NCBI GenBank assembly: GCA_041879365.1
Contig: CP089923.1
Span: 1,399,095-1,463,094, forward strand
Direction of reading: 5' to 3'
Length of the DNA stretch: 64,000 nt
Source of the DNA: Nodosilinea sp. LVE1205-7
GTDB taxonomy: Bacteria; Cyanobacteriota; Cyanobacteriia; Phormidesmidales; Phormidesmidaceae
Part shown: piece after piece, positions 10,624 through 22,906 of the stretch
Numbering within the stretch: the first letter of the stretch is position 1
Layout of the letters: each line of letters opens with the position of its first letter
The notes under the pieces: model-generated
The model's database searches: none
What the model was told of the DNA's origin: nothing
Seen by the model: the letters and a program-made list of their open reading frames with translations, nothing else
Made by a program: the position numbers and the translations under genes

Positions 10624-13310
10624 GTGACCCTATCTCTCGATTCTTTGCTAACGCCAGAGATTCTCAAGCCAGCTCGCTATCTCGGTAACGAGTTGGGAGC
10701 GGTCCATAAGCCCTGGTCCTCAGCTCTGGTGCGCTGGGTTCTTACCTACCCGGAAATATACGAGGTAGGGGCTTCTAATTTAGGTCATATCATTCTCTAT
10801 AACATTCTTAATAGCCAGCCCCGCCAGCTGTGCGATCGCGCCTATCTACCGGCCCCTGACCTGGCCGCTAAGCTCAGACAGTCCCAAACCCCCCTATTTG
10901 CGGTTGAGTCTCGTCACCCCCTGGTAGCCTTCGACATTGTCGGTTTCAGTTTAAGTTACGAATTGGGTGCCACCAATATTCTAGAAATGCTTTCTCTGGC
11001 GGGCATTCCTCTAACCTGGCAAGAACGGGCTCAGTCTCAGTTAGAAGGGACCCCACCCTGGCCCCTAATTTTCGCCGGTGGCCAAACCGCCACCTCCAAT
11101 CCCGAGCCCTACGCTGATTTCTTCGACTTTATCGCCCTAGGCGATGGTGAGGAGCTACTGCCTGAAATCGGCCTGGTTGTGGAGGAAGGTAAGGCCGCTG
11201 GATTAAGTCGGGAAGCCCTACTGCTGGATCTGGCTCAAGTACCCGGAGTCTACGTACCCCAGTTTTATACTCTAAGGGATGACGGGTCAGTGCAACCCCA
11301 TCGATCAGATGTGCCTGAGCGAATCCTGCGCCGGGTAGCCACCCCGATGCCAGCCTATGCCATGGGTTTGGTTCCCTACGTGGAAACGGTCCACGATCGC
11401 CTGACAGTGGAAATCCGACGGGGATGCACCCGGGGCTGTCGCTTTTGCCAGCCTGGGATGCTTACCCGGCCAGCCCGGGATGTAGAACCAGAGGCGGTGG
11501 TAGAAGCCATTGAAACTGGCATGGGTAAAACTGGCTATAACGAGTTTTCCCTACTTTCCCTCAGTTGTTCCGACTACCTGGCTTTGCCAGCGGTGGGAGT
11601 AGAAATTAAAAATCGTTTGAAAGACGAAAATATTTCCCTATCCCTACCCAGTCAGCGGGTAGACCGCTTCGATGAAAATATTGCCCATATTGTCGGCGGT
11701 ACCCGTCTAACCGGGCTGACCTTTGCCCCTGAAGCCGGTACCCAGCGTCTGCGAGACATTATTAATAAGGGGCTAACCAACGAAGAATTACTGCGGGGCG
11801 TTAGTACAGCCTACCAACAGGGATGGGATCGGGTTAAGCTCTACTTTATGATTGGCCTGCCAGGAGAAACGGAAGAGGATGTCCTTGGTATTGGGGAAAC
11901 AGTTCGATGGCTGCGCCAGTCTTGCTATATCAAGGGACGGAAGCCGCTTTCCTTTAACATCACCATTTCCAACTTCACGCCCAAACCCCATACCCCTTTC
12001 CAATGGCATTCCGTTTCTACCCAAGCATTTCAACATAAGCAAACCCTGCTGCGGTCCGCCTTTAAAGGCGCGGGCTGGGCTAAGGTGAACTTTACCGATG
12101 TGCGGATTTCCGCCATGGAAGATTTCGTTGGCCGTGGCGATCGCCGGTTGGCGGTGGTGGTACGACGAGCTTGGGAATTGGGAGCTGGTATGGATGCCTG
12201 GTGGGAAAGCCTGGATACCGCCTTTCAAGCCTGGTCCCAGGCCATCGATGAGGCGGGCTTAAGCTGGAAATATCGTCAGGTAGACCAGGGTGAATGGCAG
12301 GGTAGCGCCGATCAATCCTGGCCCGATCTGGCGGCTCCCCTACCCTGGGATCACCTCGACACCGGAATTGATAAAACCTGGCTACAGCAAGATTTACAGC
12401 GAGCTCTGGAGGCGATTACCGTACCCGACTGTTCCTTTGAGGGTTGTTCCCACTGTGGGGTGTGTGGGCCTGACCTGGGCCACAACCAGGTCATCCCGCC
12501 GCCCCCGATTCCGGTTTTTATCGGTCACGGTCAGCCCGATCACACCAGGGTGCAGCGCCTCCGCCTCACCCTGGGCAAGTTGGGATCCATGGCCCTGGTT
12601 AGTCACCTCGATTTAATGCGCCTCTTCGATCGCGCCCTGCGTCGAGCCAGCCTACCCATTTCCTTTACCGGCGGTTTTCACCCCGGTCCCCGAGTATCGC
12701 CAGCTAATGCTCTGCCCTTGGGGGTAACCAGCACGGCAGAGGTAGTTGACTTTGAGCTAAAACAGCCTATCGATCCAGAGGCTTTCCGCCAGCGGCTGGC
12801 GGCCCAACTGCCCGATGAAATTCCCCTGTATGGGGTGGTAGAGGTGCCCCTAGATAGCCCCTCCGCCACTAAAGTGCTGGAACAGGCTGAGTACTATCTG
12901 CGGCTAGCTGCCGATAGTCACCCCCATGCCTGCCCCCCTGGCAGGATTGGGTTACCGGTTTGCTGGCCAGGGAGACCCTGACCTGGGTGAAGCAGACTAA
13001 ATCCGGTCGATCTCAAACCATTGACCTGCGCCCCCTGCTTTATGCCATGGACATTGTTACCGTGGCCCCCTGGCCTGTACCGGCCCTGGCCCCCGAGCTC
13101 CAGGAAGTGGTGATCCGATGCCTGGGCAGTTGTCGCAATGACGGCAACTTACTACGTCCTGATCAGATCGCCTGGATGCTGGAGCAGGTGGCTGGAGAGC
13201 CTCTAATCATTCGCCATCGCCACCGTTCCCGACTGGTTCTGAGGGAACCCTCCAGACAGCAGGTTAACTGTGCGGGGCCAGAGACTGCCAGCCAAACCCC
13301 GCCCCCGTAA
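10624..13310 (+). CDS. B12-binding-domain radical SAM protein fused to a DUF2344 (TIGR03960/TIGR03936-like) C-terminal domain; frameshift at a C6 run (12933-12938)
   Basis: Radical SAM core CTRGCRFCQ plus an upstream B12-binding-like region. The C-terminal DUF2344-like part continues in ORF 12960-13310 (…LARETLTWVKQTKSGRSQTIDLRPLLYAMD…); C6 to C7 restores ACPPWQDWVTGLLARE. Confidence 0.8.
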
Positions 13311-13338
13311 CTGAAGGAGCCGATAGAAAAGCTAGATC

Positions 13339-14019
13339 TTGGATATGCCAATACTGAATGCCAATCAATCCTTTTTCCCAGAAGGGGGGCAATTAGCCCA
13401 GAACTGGCGGCTCGCCCTGGTCCTCATCCTGGCTTTGGTTCCGGGCCTTGTCACCCCCGCCAGGGCCGTGGGGCTACCCGGTAGCCAGGACTGTCTGCCC
13501 CCCAACCCAACCCAACCCAGCCAGGAGGCGGGGGGCTGTTGCCCGAGGGACCTTCTAGGCAGTACCTTCATGACAGCCCCCCCCCAGGTTTTGCCAGGGC
13601 TTTGTCAGTTGTTACGGCTACCAACCGATAGTCGGTCCGAAGCGGATCGGTTCCATCGTCTGGTAGACCCCACCTCCATCACCAGAAACAGTTCTCCGTC
13701 GGCAGCAGGTACAACCTGGCCTAGCCTCTGGTGGAACCAGGACTCGGTTCCTCCTCAGTTGGGGGGGCAGCGCCTGGTTGAGGGCTGGGTAACCTATCGT
13801 CTGCAAACTAGCCAGATACAGGTGATGGACCTGATGGTTAATTCCCAGGTGTGGCAAGGATTAACCTTGCTAGAACGCTATGGAGTTTTACAAAGCTTTG
13901 GCAATGGGGCTCAGCAGTTTGGTTACCAATTACGTTTGCTAGAAAGTAATGGCTATACGGCCCAGCTGTTAGGATTGTACGCTTGTTTTGCCAGCACCTC
14001 TTCCCCCAGTGGTCTGTGA
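13339..14019 (+). CDS. Hypothetical secreted protein
   Basis: Signal-peptide-like N-terminus (WRLALVLILALVPGLVTPARA). Contains a C9 run (13577-13585), so the internal frame is unreliable. Confidence 0.3.
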   Translation: MDMPILNANQSFFPEGGQLAQNWRLALVLILALVPGLVTPARAVGLPGSQDCLPPNPTQPSQEAGGCCPRDLLGSTFMTAPPQVLPGLCQLLRLPTDSRSEADRFHRLVDPTSITRNSSPSAAGTTWPSLWWNQDSVPPQLGGQRLVEGWVTYRLQTSQIQVMDLMVNSQVWQGLTLLERYGVLQSFGNGAQQFGYQLRLLESNGYTAQLLGLYACFASTSSPSGL

Positions 14020-14187
14020 TGCCAGTTTAGATACCATTCGTCTGGGACAGTTACAACAAGAAGCCTTTCCTGATTATCCTGCCAGTCCAGAAAAACCCTG
14101 AGGTTATGGGGCTGGATAGGGGAAGCATGAATTGATAGTGAGGTGGTTTTCCAGGGTATTCTGGTTCAACGGATAGGATTAGGGTAA

Positions 14188-14822
14188 ATGGTTCAAGTAG
14201 ACGTATCCGGTTATCTGGCGGCCCTGCAGGCGGGAGAGTTGGTCAGTTTTCCTACCGATACCGTACCGGCCCTGGCTGCCCGTCCCGAGGCTGGTGAGCG
14301 CATCTACCAAATTAAACAGCGTAGTAGCACCAAGCCCCTAATTCTGATGGCCGCCAGCCTGGAACCCTTACTACCCTACCTGGCCGGGCAGGAGGCAGAG
14401 CTGGAGATTTGGAGGGCAGTAGTCCAAGGTTACTGGCCAGGCGCTCTGACCCTGGTATTGCCGGCTAGCGATCGCCTACCTGCCGCTATCAACCCCATGG
14501 GTACGGGAAGTTTGGGCCTCCGGGTACCGGCCCATCCCCTGGCTCGTTATATTCTGGAACGTAGCGGTCCTCTGGCTACCACCAGTGTGAATCGGTCCGG
14601 TAGTCCACCCTTGCAAACCATGGCAGATATTCAAGCCCAGTTTCCCCAAGTGTTCACCCTAACTGGGGAGGCAATTACCGAAATCTATGCTGACCTGGCC
14701 ACCGATCCCCCGATCAGAGCCGCCCCCAGGGTTCGGGCCAGCCTTCTACCGTTGTGGCCTGGCAGGGGCATAAATGGCAGGTGTTACGGCAGGGATTGGT
14801 TCACTTAGAGATCAGGTCATGA
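14188..14822 (+). CDS. tsaC: L-threonylcarbamoyladenylate synthase (YrdC/Sua5 family), frameshifted in a C5 run near 14712-14731
   Basis: YrdC domain (…SFPTDTVPALAARPE…KPLILMAAS…LGLRVPAHPLARYILERSGPLATTSVNRSGSPP…). Adding one C gives a YrdC-like C-terminus GSGQPSTVVAWQGHKWQVLRQGLVHLEIRS* ending at a TGA that overlaps the next ATG. Confidence 0.7.
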
Positions 14823-15578
14823 CAGAACAATCCACACCCCAGTCCCTAATCCCTGCATCGACTGAGATTCGATATCCAGAGCCTACAACTGGCCTGCGAT
14901 CGCCTAACTCAGCAGGGGCGCTTTCTGGCGGGTTTTCTAGGCACTGCCTCCCACGAGTTACGGGCTCCCATTAGCCAGATTCTCAGCTTGCACCAGCTAA
15001 TTCTAGAAGACCTGTGCGAAAGTCCCACAGAAGAACGGGAATTTATCGCCCAGGCTAATCAGGCGATGATCAAGGTGTTGCACAACCTGGATCTATTAAT
15101 TCGTCTATCTAAGCTAGAGATCGGCGCCCTTCAACCCCAGTTCAAACCCCTGGAAATTGGCTTACTGCTGACGGAGGTCCAACAGTTGACCACCATGAAA
15201 TGCACCAATCGTTATTGCCAGCTCACCCTGATCGGGGCTGATTCCGACGTTTTGGTCTATGGTGATTGGTCCTGGCTCCAGCAGGTATTAATTTTGCTGA
15301 TTGAGGGGGCTTTAGCGGCTGGTAGTGAAGCGCTTCAGCTAACCTTAGAGAGCTTTAAGGATAAGGATGACCCGGTGCAGATCCAGGTCCAGTGCAATCG
15401 CCCCCTGGCAAATTGGCAAGTTCCCCCACCCTCCGAAAAAACTTATCCGGCAGATTTCTCAGCCAGTTTTTATTATCAAATAGTAGCCCGTATGGCCGTG
15501 CCCTTGGGCCTTAACCTGGAGTTAAGGGAGGCCGAAGCAGGACAGGGCACCGTAGTAGTCTTACAATTTCCTGGCTAA
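14819..15578 (+). CDS. Histidine-kinase-like protein with an H-box but no recognisable ATPase (N/G1/G2) motifs; N-terminal frame uncertain
   Basis: ATG at 14819 overlaps the tsaC stop (ATGA). The H-box GFLGTASHELRAPISQI lies in the +1 frame relative to that ATG, so an indel is implied. The C-terminal 150 aa lacks DxGxG/GxGxG. Confidence 0.45.
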
Positions 15579-15636
15579 GGTTGTAGCCATGGCTGAGGGA
15601 AAATGCTGGTCTAACAAAATGCTGGTCTAACAAATA

Positions 15637-15661
15637 GGGGGCACCCCGATAGGATGCCCCC
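15637..15661 (-). terminator. GC-rich hairpin (GGGGGCA…TGCCCCC) between convergent genes; likely urtA terminator
   Basis: 7 bp G/C stem with an 11 nt loop, followed on the minus strand by a T-rich TATTTGTT. Directly preceded by a perfect 16 bp tandem duplication AAATGCTGGTCTAACA x2 (15601-15632). Confidence 0.4.
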
Positions 15662-15713
15662 TGACCTAGAATCAACTGCTCCCCATCCCTTCAAGGAGAA
15701 GAGCTAGGTCAAA

Positions 15714-17011
15714 CTAGATCTTATATTTGCCACCCTTGGCTGGGTCAGACCAGTCACAGGCGTAACCCTTAGTATCTGGAACATACTGGTTCCAGGGTTG
15801 GGGATCAACAGGACCAGGAGTAGCCCAAACGATATCGAACAGACCGTCATCCCTGACCTGGCCAATACGCACGGTCTTAGAAATATGGTGGTTGGGGAAC
15901 AGCTTCACCGGACCCTCTGGGGCAGCAAAGGACTGACCGATGGCAGCAGCCCGCACGGGCTCGAGGTCGAAGGTACCAGCCTTTTCTACAGCCTGCTTCC
16001 AAAGGTAAACCATGATGTAGGCAGCTTCCATGGGGTCATTGGTAACCCGGTCAGCCCCGTATTCTGCTTTAAAGTCTGCTACCCACTTTTTGTTTTCGGG
16101 AGTTTCTACGGTCTGGAAGTAGTTCCAGGAAGCGTAGTGACCCTTCAAAAACTCCTTACCAATCTGACGAACTTCTTCCTCAGCAATACTCACCGACATG
16201 GTGGGGTACTTATCAGGGGTTAGGCCCGCCCCTTGAAGCTGCTTAAAGAAGGCTACGTTGCTATCACCGTTGAGGCTATTGAAGATTACACCACCCTTGG
16301 GTAGGGCTGCCTTGATCTTGGTGATGATGGGGGTAACTTCTGTGTTGCCCAGGGGCAGGTAGTCTTCCCCAACGGTTTTGCCACCCTTGGCCTTCAACTG
16401 TTCTTTGATAATGGTGTTGGCAGTCCGGGGAAGACGTAGTCAGAACCCACCAGGAAAAATTCCTTGCCTTTATTCTTGAGCAGCCAGTCTACGGCGGGCT
16501 CAATCTGCTGGTTAGGAGCGGCTCCAGTGTAGAAAATATTCTTAGAACACTCTTGCCCTTCGTATTGCACTGGATACCACAGCATGTGGTTCTTAGATTC
16601 GAAGACAGGGAGCACAGCCTTACGACTGGCAGAGGTCCAGCAGCCAAAGATGGTTGCTACCTTGTCCTGGTCAATGAGCTTACCAGCCTTCTCAGCAAAG
16701 GTAGGCCAATCGGAGGCTCCATCTTCCTTGATAGGCTCGATTTTCTTCCCGAGCACTCCACCAGCTGCATTGATTTCCTTAATGGCCAGTAGCTCAGCAT
16801 CCACCACGGTGGTTTCACTGATGGCCATGGTGCCGCTGAGGGAATGGAGGATACCCACTTTAACGGTATCACCACCACTAGCCGCCTTATCTGTACTGCT
16901 GCTTTCTGGGGTAGTGGTAGTTGGGCTACCACAGGCCTTTAACAGCATAGAGGTCCCTAAGGTCGCAGACCCGTAAACCAAGAACTTACGTCGATTAAAT
17001 CGAGTTACCAT
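15714..17011 (-). CDS. urtA: Urea ABC transporter substrate-binding protein UrtA, split by a G4 run (16427-16430) that should be G5
   Basis: N-terminal ORF (signal peptide, …[17 protein letters not shown]…GSDYVFP) and C-terminal ORF (…[19 protein letters not shown]…[19 protein letters not shown]). Restoring one C gives the UrtA-conserved [23 protein letters not shown]. Confidence 0.9.
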
Positions 17012-17131
17012 TCAAGCTCGCTCCTGACTCAATAAAATGAGGTAATTTACCGGAAAAATGGCGAAATTCGCCAATCATAGAATTCACTCAACCTCCAGAA
17101 TGGATATTAGAGGTTGTATGGGTGGCTAAGT

Positions 17132-17145
17132 GTATCGTAGGTTAC
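17132..17145. promoter_or_regulatory. Candidate NtcA binding site GTA-N8-TAC upstream of urtA
   Basis: GTATCGTAGGTTAC lies 121 bp upstream of the urtA start. A TAATAT -10-like hexamer lies 22 bp downstream on the urtA strand, the spacing typical of NtcA-activated promoters. Confidence 0.5.
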
Positions 17146-17202
17146 AGATTTTCCCGATCTTCATTTATTTTTCTTCTCCTGGCCCAAATTTTCCTGGCCA
17201 AG

Positions 17203-17814
17203 TCATCGAGCCTGGGGATCGCCATGGTAGCGGATAAAATCAATCACAGCGGTTAAACCCTCCTGGGTTTTCAGGTTGGTAAAGCCAAAGGGGCGATCGC
17301 CCCTCATTTTGCGAGCATCTTGATCCATGACTGCAAGGCTAGCCCCCACCAGGGGAGCCAGGTCGATTTTATTAATCACCAGAAAGTCAGATTTGGTGAT
17401 TCCGGGCCCTCCCTTACGGGGAATTTTGTCTCCCGCCGCAACGTCAATGACGTAAAGGGTAAGGTCTACCAATTCAGGACTGAAGGTAGAGGCCAGATTG
17501 TCGCCACCACTCTCTACAAAGACAAAATCCAGGGGATCAAAGCGGGTCTCCAGGGTTTCAATCGCCACCAGATTCATCGAGGCATCTTCCCGAATGGCGG
17601 TATGGGGACAGCCTCCCGTTTCCACTCCAATGATGCGATCGGGGCTAAGGGCCTGACTACGCACCAGAAACTGGGCATCTTCCTGGGTGTAAATATCGTT
17701 GGTAACTACGGCAATCGAATAGCGATCGCGCAGACCCTTGCAGAGATGATCCACCAGGGCAGTTTTGCCTGACCCCACGGGTCCGGCAACGCCAACTCGA
17801 AAAGGATGGGGCAT
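17203..17814 (-). CDS. ureG: Urease accessory GTPase UreG
   Basis: 203 aa; P-loop GPVGSGKT plus [18 protein letters not shown] and ESGGDNL motifs. Confidence 0.95.
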   Translation of the reverse strand: MPHPFRVGVAGPVGSGKTALVDHLCKGLRDRYSIAVVTNDIYTQEDAQFLVRSQALSPDRIIGVETGGCPHTAIREDASMNLVAIETLETRFDPLDFVFVESGGDNLASTFSPELVDLTLYVIDVAAGDKIPRKGGPGITKSDFLVINKIDLAPLVGASLAVMDQDARKMRGDRPFGFTNLKTQEGLTAVIDFIRYHGDPQAR

Positions 17815-17826
17815 GGATGAATGGGG

Positions 17827-19347
17827 CTAAACAGCTGTCTTTAGGCTATCGATCTTACGGTTGAATAAATCAATAAAGATCATGATGACTCGCTTGGGGC
17901 GGGTTCTAATGTTAGCACTCAAGGCCATGCCGGATTGTAATTTGATCGATCGCCCCTGAATGTTAATGGACTGCTGGTCTAGGGTAACATCGGCGGGAAA
18001 GCGATACTGGGGATGAATCTGGTCAGGGGGTAGGGCATCGGAACCGATGTGGGTCAGGGTACCCTTAACATCTCCAAATTCACTGTAGGGAAAGGAATCA
18101 ATACGGACATCGGCCTTCATACCCTCCTTCACAAAGCCAATATCGCGGTTAGTAATAAACACCTTGGCCACCAGGGCATCGGTGGGTACAATTTCCATAA
18201 TCGGTTCGGTAGAGTTGGCCACGTAGCCGGGCTGGTTCGCCTTCAAATTAAACACCACGCCACTGACTGGGGCCTTGAGTTCCTGGTATTGTAATTTCTG
18301 CCGCAGCTCTGTAATCTGGCTATCCAATTCTTGCAGCCGTTTTTCGTTTTCCAGCATAGTTTTAGTGATCTGGCTATCGATGGTGGCAATTTCATTGTTG
18401 TTGGCACCAATACGCTTTTGCAGATCGTCTTGGGAGGCGATCTGGGTGTTACGGAATTTTTCCCGAGCCTGGGCGATCGCCAGTTGCAGGCGCTGCTCCT
18501 CCTGAATCAGCCGATTCAATTCGGTGCGCCGGTTGTTAACCTCCTGCTTTTGCTGTAGGTAGGGAATTGCACCAATCGCCCCCCGCTCCGCCAGGGGGCC
18601 AATGCGCACCAAAATTTCCTGATTCACCTCCAGGGCTTCTCGAGCATTGGCTCGCTGTACCTGGGTTTGGACCAGCTGGCGATCTAGTTGGTTTACTTCC
18701 AGGTTGGCAATACTCAGGCGAGAGGTAAGTTCCTGGCTGGCGGCGGCGAGGCGATCGCGCTGGGCGACAGATAGCTGGGTGATCCCCTGCCGATCTCCCC
18801 CAACTGGGTCCGATAGAGGGCATTCTCCGCCACCAGGGCAGCCCGGTTACTGGTCAGTTGAACAATTTCTGGGGCGATATCCATGGGGGCTCTAACCTGG
18901 TCTTGATTGGCTAGTTGGGAACGATAGAAGTCATTTTCCTGAGTTAATTTACGTCGAATACTTTCCAGGGAAGTTAGTTGGGCCTGGGTGGCTTCAGGAT
19001 TCGAGGGTGATCAGGCGATCGCCAGCCTGGACAGCCTGACCTTCTTTGACAAACACCTGCTGCACCACCCCTCCCACGGGAGCCTGAACTGGCTGGACTA
19101 GGCCCTTGGGCTCCAATTTACCCTGGGCCGGTACCGCTTCTTCAAACTTAGCCAGGCAAGACCAGGCTACGGTTACTACGGTTACCCCAACAATACTCCA
19201 CACCACCGCTCGCGACCAATGGGAAGCCTGACGTAGGATTACGGGTTTATCAAAGACTTCACCAGAACGGGAGGACTGGGTGGAAATAATCACATTGTCA
19301 GCATCGGGAGAAGTCTGGCCAGGGGAAGAAGTCACCATAGGATCCAT
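17827..19347 (-). CDS. HlyD-family type I secretion periplasmic adaptor (membrane fusion protein), two frameshifts (C5 run 18797-18801 and near 18990-19000)
   Basis: N-terminal TM plus GDRLITLES, central coiled coil, and a C-terminal beta domain (…VKGTLTHIGSDALPPD…). The three ORF pieces join when single bases are restored. Confidence 0.8.
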
Positions 19348-19410
19348 CCGAAGGGGAAATATTGCTCAAGTCTCAAGGCAAACAGGGATCGTCAGCTAGC
19401 CTAAATCATC

Positions 19411-22391
19411 CTAAACCATGGCTGACTGCTGTTGGTAAAGGGTGTAGTAGCGACCTTGTAAGGCCATCAAGTGATCATGGCTGCCTAATTCCACCACCGA
19501 TCCCTGATCCATCACTAGAATCTGGTCGGCGTGCTTAATGGTGTTGAGACGGTGGGTAATAAAAAACACTGTGCGGTTCTCCGCCCAGTGCATCAGGTTG
19601 ATTGACACCTGGTGCTCGGTATCATAGTCGAGGGCACTGGTGGCTTCGTCCAGGATCAATAATCGGGGGTTTTGCAGAATGGTACGGGCAATGGCAATCC
19701 GTTGTCGCTGCCCTCCTGAGAGGGTAGAGCCTCGCTCTCCGACGCGGGTATTGTAACCCAGGGGCAACTCCATAATGAAATCGTGGCAACAGGCAATTTT
19801 AGCGGCCTCAATAATCGCACCCGCCTCAGCCCCAGAATTAGTCAGGGCAATATTCTCCTGAATCGTGCCCTCAAACAGCAAGCTATCTTGAGGGACGATA
19901 CCGATCTGCTGCCGCAGAGAATGGAGCTCCACCTTACTAATGTCGTAATGATCGATTAAAATTCGACCCGATTCTACTTCGTAAAGGCGAGGTAGTAGCT
20001 TCATCAGGGTACTTTTTCCCGACCCACTCTGACCGACAACACCCACAAAACTACCCGGGGAAAATCGAGGGAAACATTAATTAACTGCATGGGGCCACTG
20101 GGAGCAAAGCGAAAAGCCACATTCTCAAAACTCACCCGGCCCTCAATTTCTGGCATGGGTATTTGCTTAACATCCTCCAGGTTGGTTTCCTGAGGATAGT
20201 CAATAATGTCGGACAGGCGTTCCAGGGATAGGGCCGTCTCCTGAAAGTTTTGCCATAGCTGGGCTAGCCGTAAAATGGGGGCAGTGACGTAGCCTGAAAT
20301 AATGCGAAAGGCAATCAACTGGCCCAGGGTAAGGTCTCCCTTCAACACCAGGTAGGCCCCTACCCAAAGCACCAGCAGGGCTGACAGCTTATTTAGAAAA
20401 TTACTGGTGGAATTAGCTGTAGTTGAGGTGAGGACATTTTGAAAGCCCGCACTAACGTACTCGGCGTAGCGCTCTTGCCACTTCCAGCGAGTTCGTAGTT
20501 CAATATTCTGGGCTTTGACGGTTTGAATTCCAGAGAGAGACTCCACCAGCAGAGCCTGGGTAGCAGCGTTGCGTTCGGCCTTGACCCGTAACTGTCGCTG
20601 CACAATCGGGGCCACCAGAATGGTTAGCACCACAAACAGGGGGACGGTTGCCAGGGCCACCAGGGTAAGCAGCCAGCTATAGATGAACATGACGACGATG
20701 TACACCAGGGAAAATACCGCATCTAACACCACAGTCAGGGCGGTGCCCGTCAGGAATTGGCGAATATTTTCCAGCTCGTTGATCCGGCTGGACAGCTCTC
20801 CCACCGGACGGCGATCAAAATAACGTAGGGGTAAGCGAAATAGGTGATCGATAATTTCCGTACCCAGGGCCATATCGATGCGGTTAGTCGTATCGACAAA
20901 CAGGTAGGTGCGTAAGCTGGTTAGCAGGGCTTCAAAGATCGCCACAATCACCAGCAAAATCCCCAACACCTGTAGAGTATCGATACTGTTTTGAACAATC
21001 ACCTTATCAATAATGATTTGAATAATCAGGGGATTGGCCAGACCGAATAACTGCACAAAAAAGGAGGCGACAAAAACCTCTAACAATACCCAGCGATACT
21101 TTTGAAGGAAGGGCCAGAACCATTCCAACCCAAATCGTTGCCGGGGAGTTTCTCGGGTGGGCTCCAGCAACAACACCTCTCCCCAATCGCCCCAGGTCTC
21201 TGCAAAGCTAGCAGGGGTTCGACGAATCAAACCAACCTCTGGATCGCCCAGAATATAGCCCTTTTCCGAGGTTTCGTAGAGAACCGCGAAGCCTTCCTGC
21301 CAGCTAATTAAACAAGGGGTGGGGAGGCGATCAAAGGCCTGGGCTGGTACCTGCACCAACTGGGTTTTCAGACCGATCATTTCCGCCAGGGAGCCACAAA
21401 CTGGCAGGGACAGGCGGCCCATGCGTTCCTGTTGATTAGTCAGAATGCGGCGAATTACATCTTTGCGAAAAGGTATTTTAAACTGCTGGCTAACCATGTC
21501 GAAGCAGGCCAGGGGGTTATCCACGGGGCCTCGACCACGGGCATAGGGGTAGCTGTGGCTGCGATCGGAGGCCGGCGCGGAGGCCGTCAGAAGGGCTTCG
21601 CTAGCATAGGGAACGTCGCTAACGTCAAGGGAAACCCTAGGCTCTGGGGCAACCACCGGGGCAACCACCGAGGCAACCACCGAGGCAAAGGTTGCCGCCA
21701 GAACTGCCGGGGTCAGTCCCAGTAAACGTGCTCCCTGGGGACTGAGCACTTCCATAGTGAAAGACTGATCCAAGGGTAGGGTTGAGCCCACCGGCCAATT
21801 GAGCACCGTCCCACCGCTTAAAATCCAGGTGAGCTGGGAATCCAGGTGACTCAGGTTGCAGCTTCCCTCAGGCAGGGTAACCAGGGTGGATTCCTGGCAT
21901 AACCGCTGGGCCCTGGCTTTCAGATCTCCCAGGTCGAGGGCCTGATCTTTAGCGTGTTGACTGAGCAAATCGAAGGCTTCAATCAGGTAGATTTGATCGC
22001 GAATAGCCCGACCAAAGGCGGGATAATCCTGGAGATATTGGAGAAAGGTATAGGCAGGTAGGTTGAGGGCCACCACTTCACTAGAGGCGATCGCCGTTTC
22101 ACAGGGCAGCCCTCGCACCAGGCTAACGGCTCCAACCAGATTTCCCTCCCCCAGACGCTCAAGGGTAAGGGGCTGTTGACTACGAGGATCTTGACCTAAT
22201 AAGCGTACCTGACCTTCTAGAATGACCAGAACCTGCTGACTTAATACCTCTCGCAGAGCTAGAGGTTGACCAACTCGATAACGGAAGAGCTGGGCAGTTT
22301 GCAGCAACTGACTTAGGGCTGACGGCGACAGACTGTCAAAGGGATGCAGCCTGGCCAAGGTGGAGGACAGAGAAGGAGGAGTTTGAACCAT
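19411..22391 (-). CDS. Peptidase-C39 / cyclic-nucleotide-binding-domain ABC exporter (bacteriocin/HetC-like T1SS ABC transporter); frameshift at a G4 run (20057-20060)
   Basis: N-terminal cNMP-binding domains, a C39-like region (NPLACFDMVSQQFKIPF), six TM helices, then an NBD with Walker A GQSGSGKST, signature LSGGQRQR and Walker B LILDEAT. Start placed at the internal Met (MVQTPP…) so the gene does not overlap tRNA-Val. Confidence 0.85.
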
Positions 22392-22403
22392 CGGAGAAAA
22401 AAA

Positions 22404-22476
<73 letters not shown>

Positions 22477-22700
22477 CCGAAAATGGTTTGAAAAGCCCTG
22501 TAACAGTTTTAATTCACATCTTGGCTTTTAACCATATTCTTGATTTTCTAGATATTAGCAGGTTTCTGGCACCTGGCTAAAATATAGATCAATCTGGCTC
22601 GCTTCTTTGGCTACCATCCCTTGCCCGATGTTAAAGCCGCCCTGGTGACCGCTATTAGTTATGCCATTAGCCTATGTTACCTTCTATAAGGTTTTCAATT

Positions 22701-22854
22701 GGTTGACTGACAAAACTCTCAACGCTGGCGGCTAGAAGCCGCGCCTAGACAGGCAAAACCCGCCTACGCGGGTTATGGATCAGTCGGCGAAGGCCGACTT
22801 TGTCTGGATAGCAGCGGTTTGAACCGCCCTAAGCTAATGTTTTGTCAGTCAACC
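22701..22854. mobile_element. MITE family A copy 1 (TIR GGTTGACTGACAAAAC)
   Basis: 154 bp with 16 bp perfect terminal inverted repeats. The interior holds three short palindromic hairpins (AACCCGCCTACGCGGGTT, AGTCGGCGAAGGCCGACT, GCGGTTTGAACCGC). A second copy lies inverted at 36677-36818. Confidence 0.6.
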
Positions 22855-22906
22855 AGGGTTTTTAATCAAACGTGAATTTCCCCCGGCAAAACGGGCGACA
22901 GCAACC

